Positions 62,903 through 64,000 of a DNA stretch of 64,000 bases are shown in pieces; position 1 is the stretch's first letter, and each line of letters begins with the position of its first letter. Under the pieces are notes generated by a model. It made no database searches, was not told where the DNA came from, and saw only the letters and a list, made by a program, of their open reading frames with translations. Made by a program: the position numbers and the translations under genes. Origin of the DNA: Bdellovibrionales bacterium (lineage in GTDB: Bacteria; Bdellovibrionota; Bdellovibrionia; Bdellovibrionales; JAUICD01); NCBI GenBank assembly GCA_965262715.1, contig OZ253553.1, positions 2,368,001 to 2,432,000 on the forward strand. Direction: 5' to 3'.

Positions 62903-62929
62903 ATTATACCAAGATGACCTTATTGTCAA
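62903..62929 (-). promoter_or_regulatory. Predicted sigma70 promoter of the RNA/Abi module
   Basis: TTGACA-15 bp-TATAAT with extended -10 TG (TGgTATAAT). Confidence 0.65.
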
Positions 62930-63124
62930 TATATTAAATTGATACATAAAATCCAACGAATTACCTCAGAATATGTGTTACCGAAGCTTGGTAATGTTAT
63001 TTTGATTTTCGGATTGGTTGCCTCACAATCCCTCTCTTATTTATCATTAAAAAAAGTCAAAAGTTTCAATGAATTTATAAGTATTTCTTAACACAATCTT
63101 TTTTTCTATGAAAATAAAGTTATA

Positions 63125-63865
63125 TTATTTTGGGGATAGAGTACTAGAAAGAACATCTTTCATAGAATAAAGCCCTGATGTCTTTGAGGCTAACCACTTT
63201 GCGGCAACAAGTGCTCCTCTTGCAAAAACACTGCGATCAAGAGCTGTATGTTCCATCTTTATGGTTTCCTCCTGTCCCATACACCATATCTGATGAATTC
63301 CACGAATATCCCCTCCCCTTAATGAAAGAGGCTCTGGAACTTCTGATTTGACTTGCGACTTCAATCTATCCTGTAACAATAAAGCTGTTCCACTAGGTTT
63401 GTCTTTTTTGCTGTGTTGATGAGCTTCTACAATTTGAAAATCATAATCAGAGATAACTTTTAAATTAGAAATCATCTCTGCTATTAAATTTATACCTAAA
63501 CTCATATTAGGTGCCCAAAGACAAGCTGTCTTTTTAGAGGCAGCCTCTAAAGCTTCAAAGTGTTCCTGTAGAAAACCTGTTGTTCCACTCACTATTTTCA
63601 CACAATGAGTATCACACCATTTAATTAAAGATAAAAAACACTTTGGCGTAGAAAAATCAATAACTATATCAACACTATTTGGATCCACTTGATTGATGTC
63701 ATTCACCAATTGTACTTCTGAAGGCAAAAAGCTGAAAGATGTAGACCTACTAACAGCCACAACTTGTACCAATTGAGGATCAGATGGAATCAATCGTATG
63801 AGCTGCTGCCCCATAAGCCCTGATACACCTACAACTGCTATTCGTATTTTTGAAGATGCCTTCAT
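63125..63865 (-). CDS. dapB: 4-hydroxy-tetrahydrodipicolinate reductase
   Basis: G..G.MG, IDFS.P, GTTG, APNMSLG, E.H...K.D.PSGTA, R..FA.GA. Confidence 0.94.
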   Translation of the reverse strand: MKASSKIRIAVVGVSGLMGQQLIRLIPSDPQLVQVVAVSRSTSFSFLPSEVQLVNDINQVDPNSVDIVIDFSTPKCFLSLIKWCDTHCVKIVSGTTGFLQEHFEALEAASKKTACLWAPNMSLGINLIAEMISNLKVISDYDFQIVEAHQHSKKDKPSGTALLLQDRLKSQVKSEVPEPLSLRGGDIRGIHQIWCMGQEETIKMEHTALDRSVFARGALVAAKWLASKTSGLYSMKDVLSSTLSPK

Positions 63866-63949
63866 TTTCCTCTCCTAATACTATTGCTGTATTGCTGTTC
63901 ATTTCTTATTATCAAAGTTCACCAAAGTCAATAACCACCCTTTATATTA

Positions 63950-64000
63950 TTTTATGCAACCTTTATAACTAAAAAGCCTGTTGTTGTTTATTAGAAAAGG
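63950..64000 (+). repeat. Degenerate family B copy (cut by window end)
   Basis: ttttatgcaacctttataactaaaaagcctgttgttgtttatt resembles the family B left part. Confidence 0.55.

Overview
AT-rich bacterial chromosomal window. Gene content (FQNC-type lipoprotein, FHA/sigma54 regulator, deltaproteobacterial-type GspL/M/N, AhcY, HppD) suggests a Bdellovibrionota-like organism, possibly host-associated (inference). Housekeeping genes include atpB (partial), cca, lolD/lolE, prfB with its programmed frameshift, mfd, dut, ahcY, coaE, trmL, dusB, folA/thyA, rplU/rpmA, eno, tatA/B/C, gltX and dapB. They are interleaved with secreted repeat proteins (2 RCC1/BLIP-II, 1 ankyrin, 2 vWA-like lipoproteins) and five IS copies (IS3, IS30, two IS5/IS903-group, IS256). 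At least two families of small non-autonomous repeats are also present. The most notable items are: (i) a Schlafen/AlbA_2-HATPase-wHTH gene whose predicted leader is 3.6 tandem 30-nt hairpin-forming repeats, a type III TA-like layout; (ii) a promoter-structured RNA-AbiF/Abi_2 HEPN module with a frameshifted toxin; (iii) a palindromic mini-element with IS903-type ends and compensatory base changes, one copy forming the left end of an IS; (iv) a degenerate NuoB/CD/I module with no membrane arm, lying between a Cys-less Mrp and tatBC; (v) an orphan methyltransferase whose coupled downstream gene is cut after about 5 codons by an IS.
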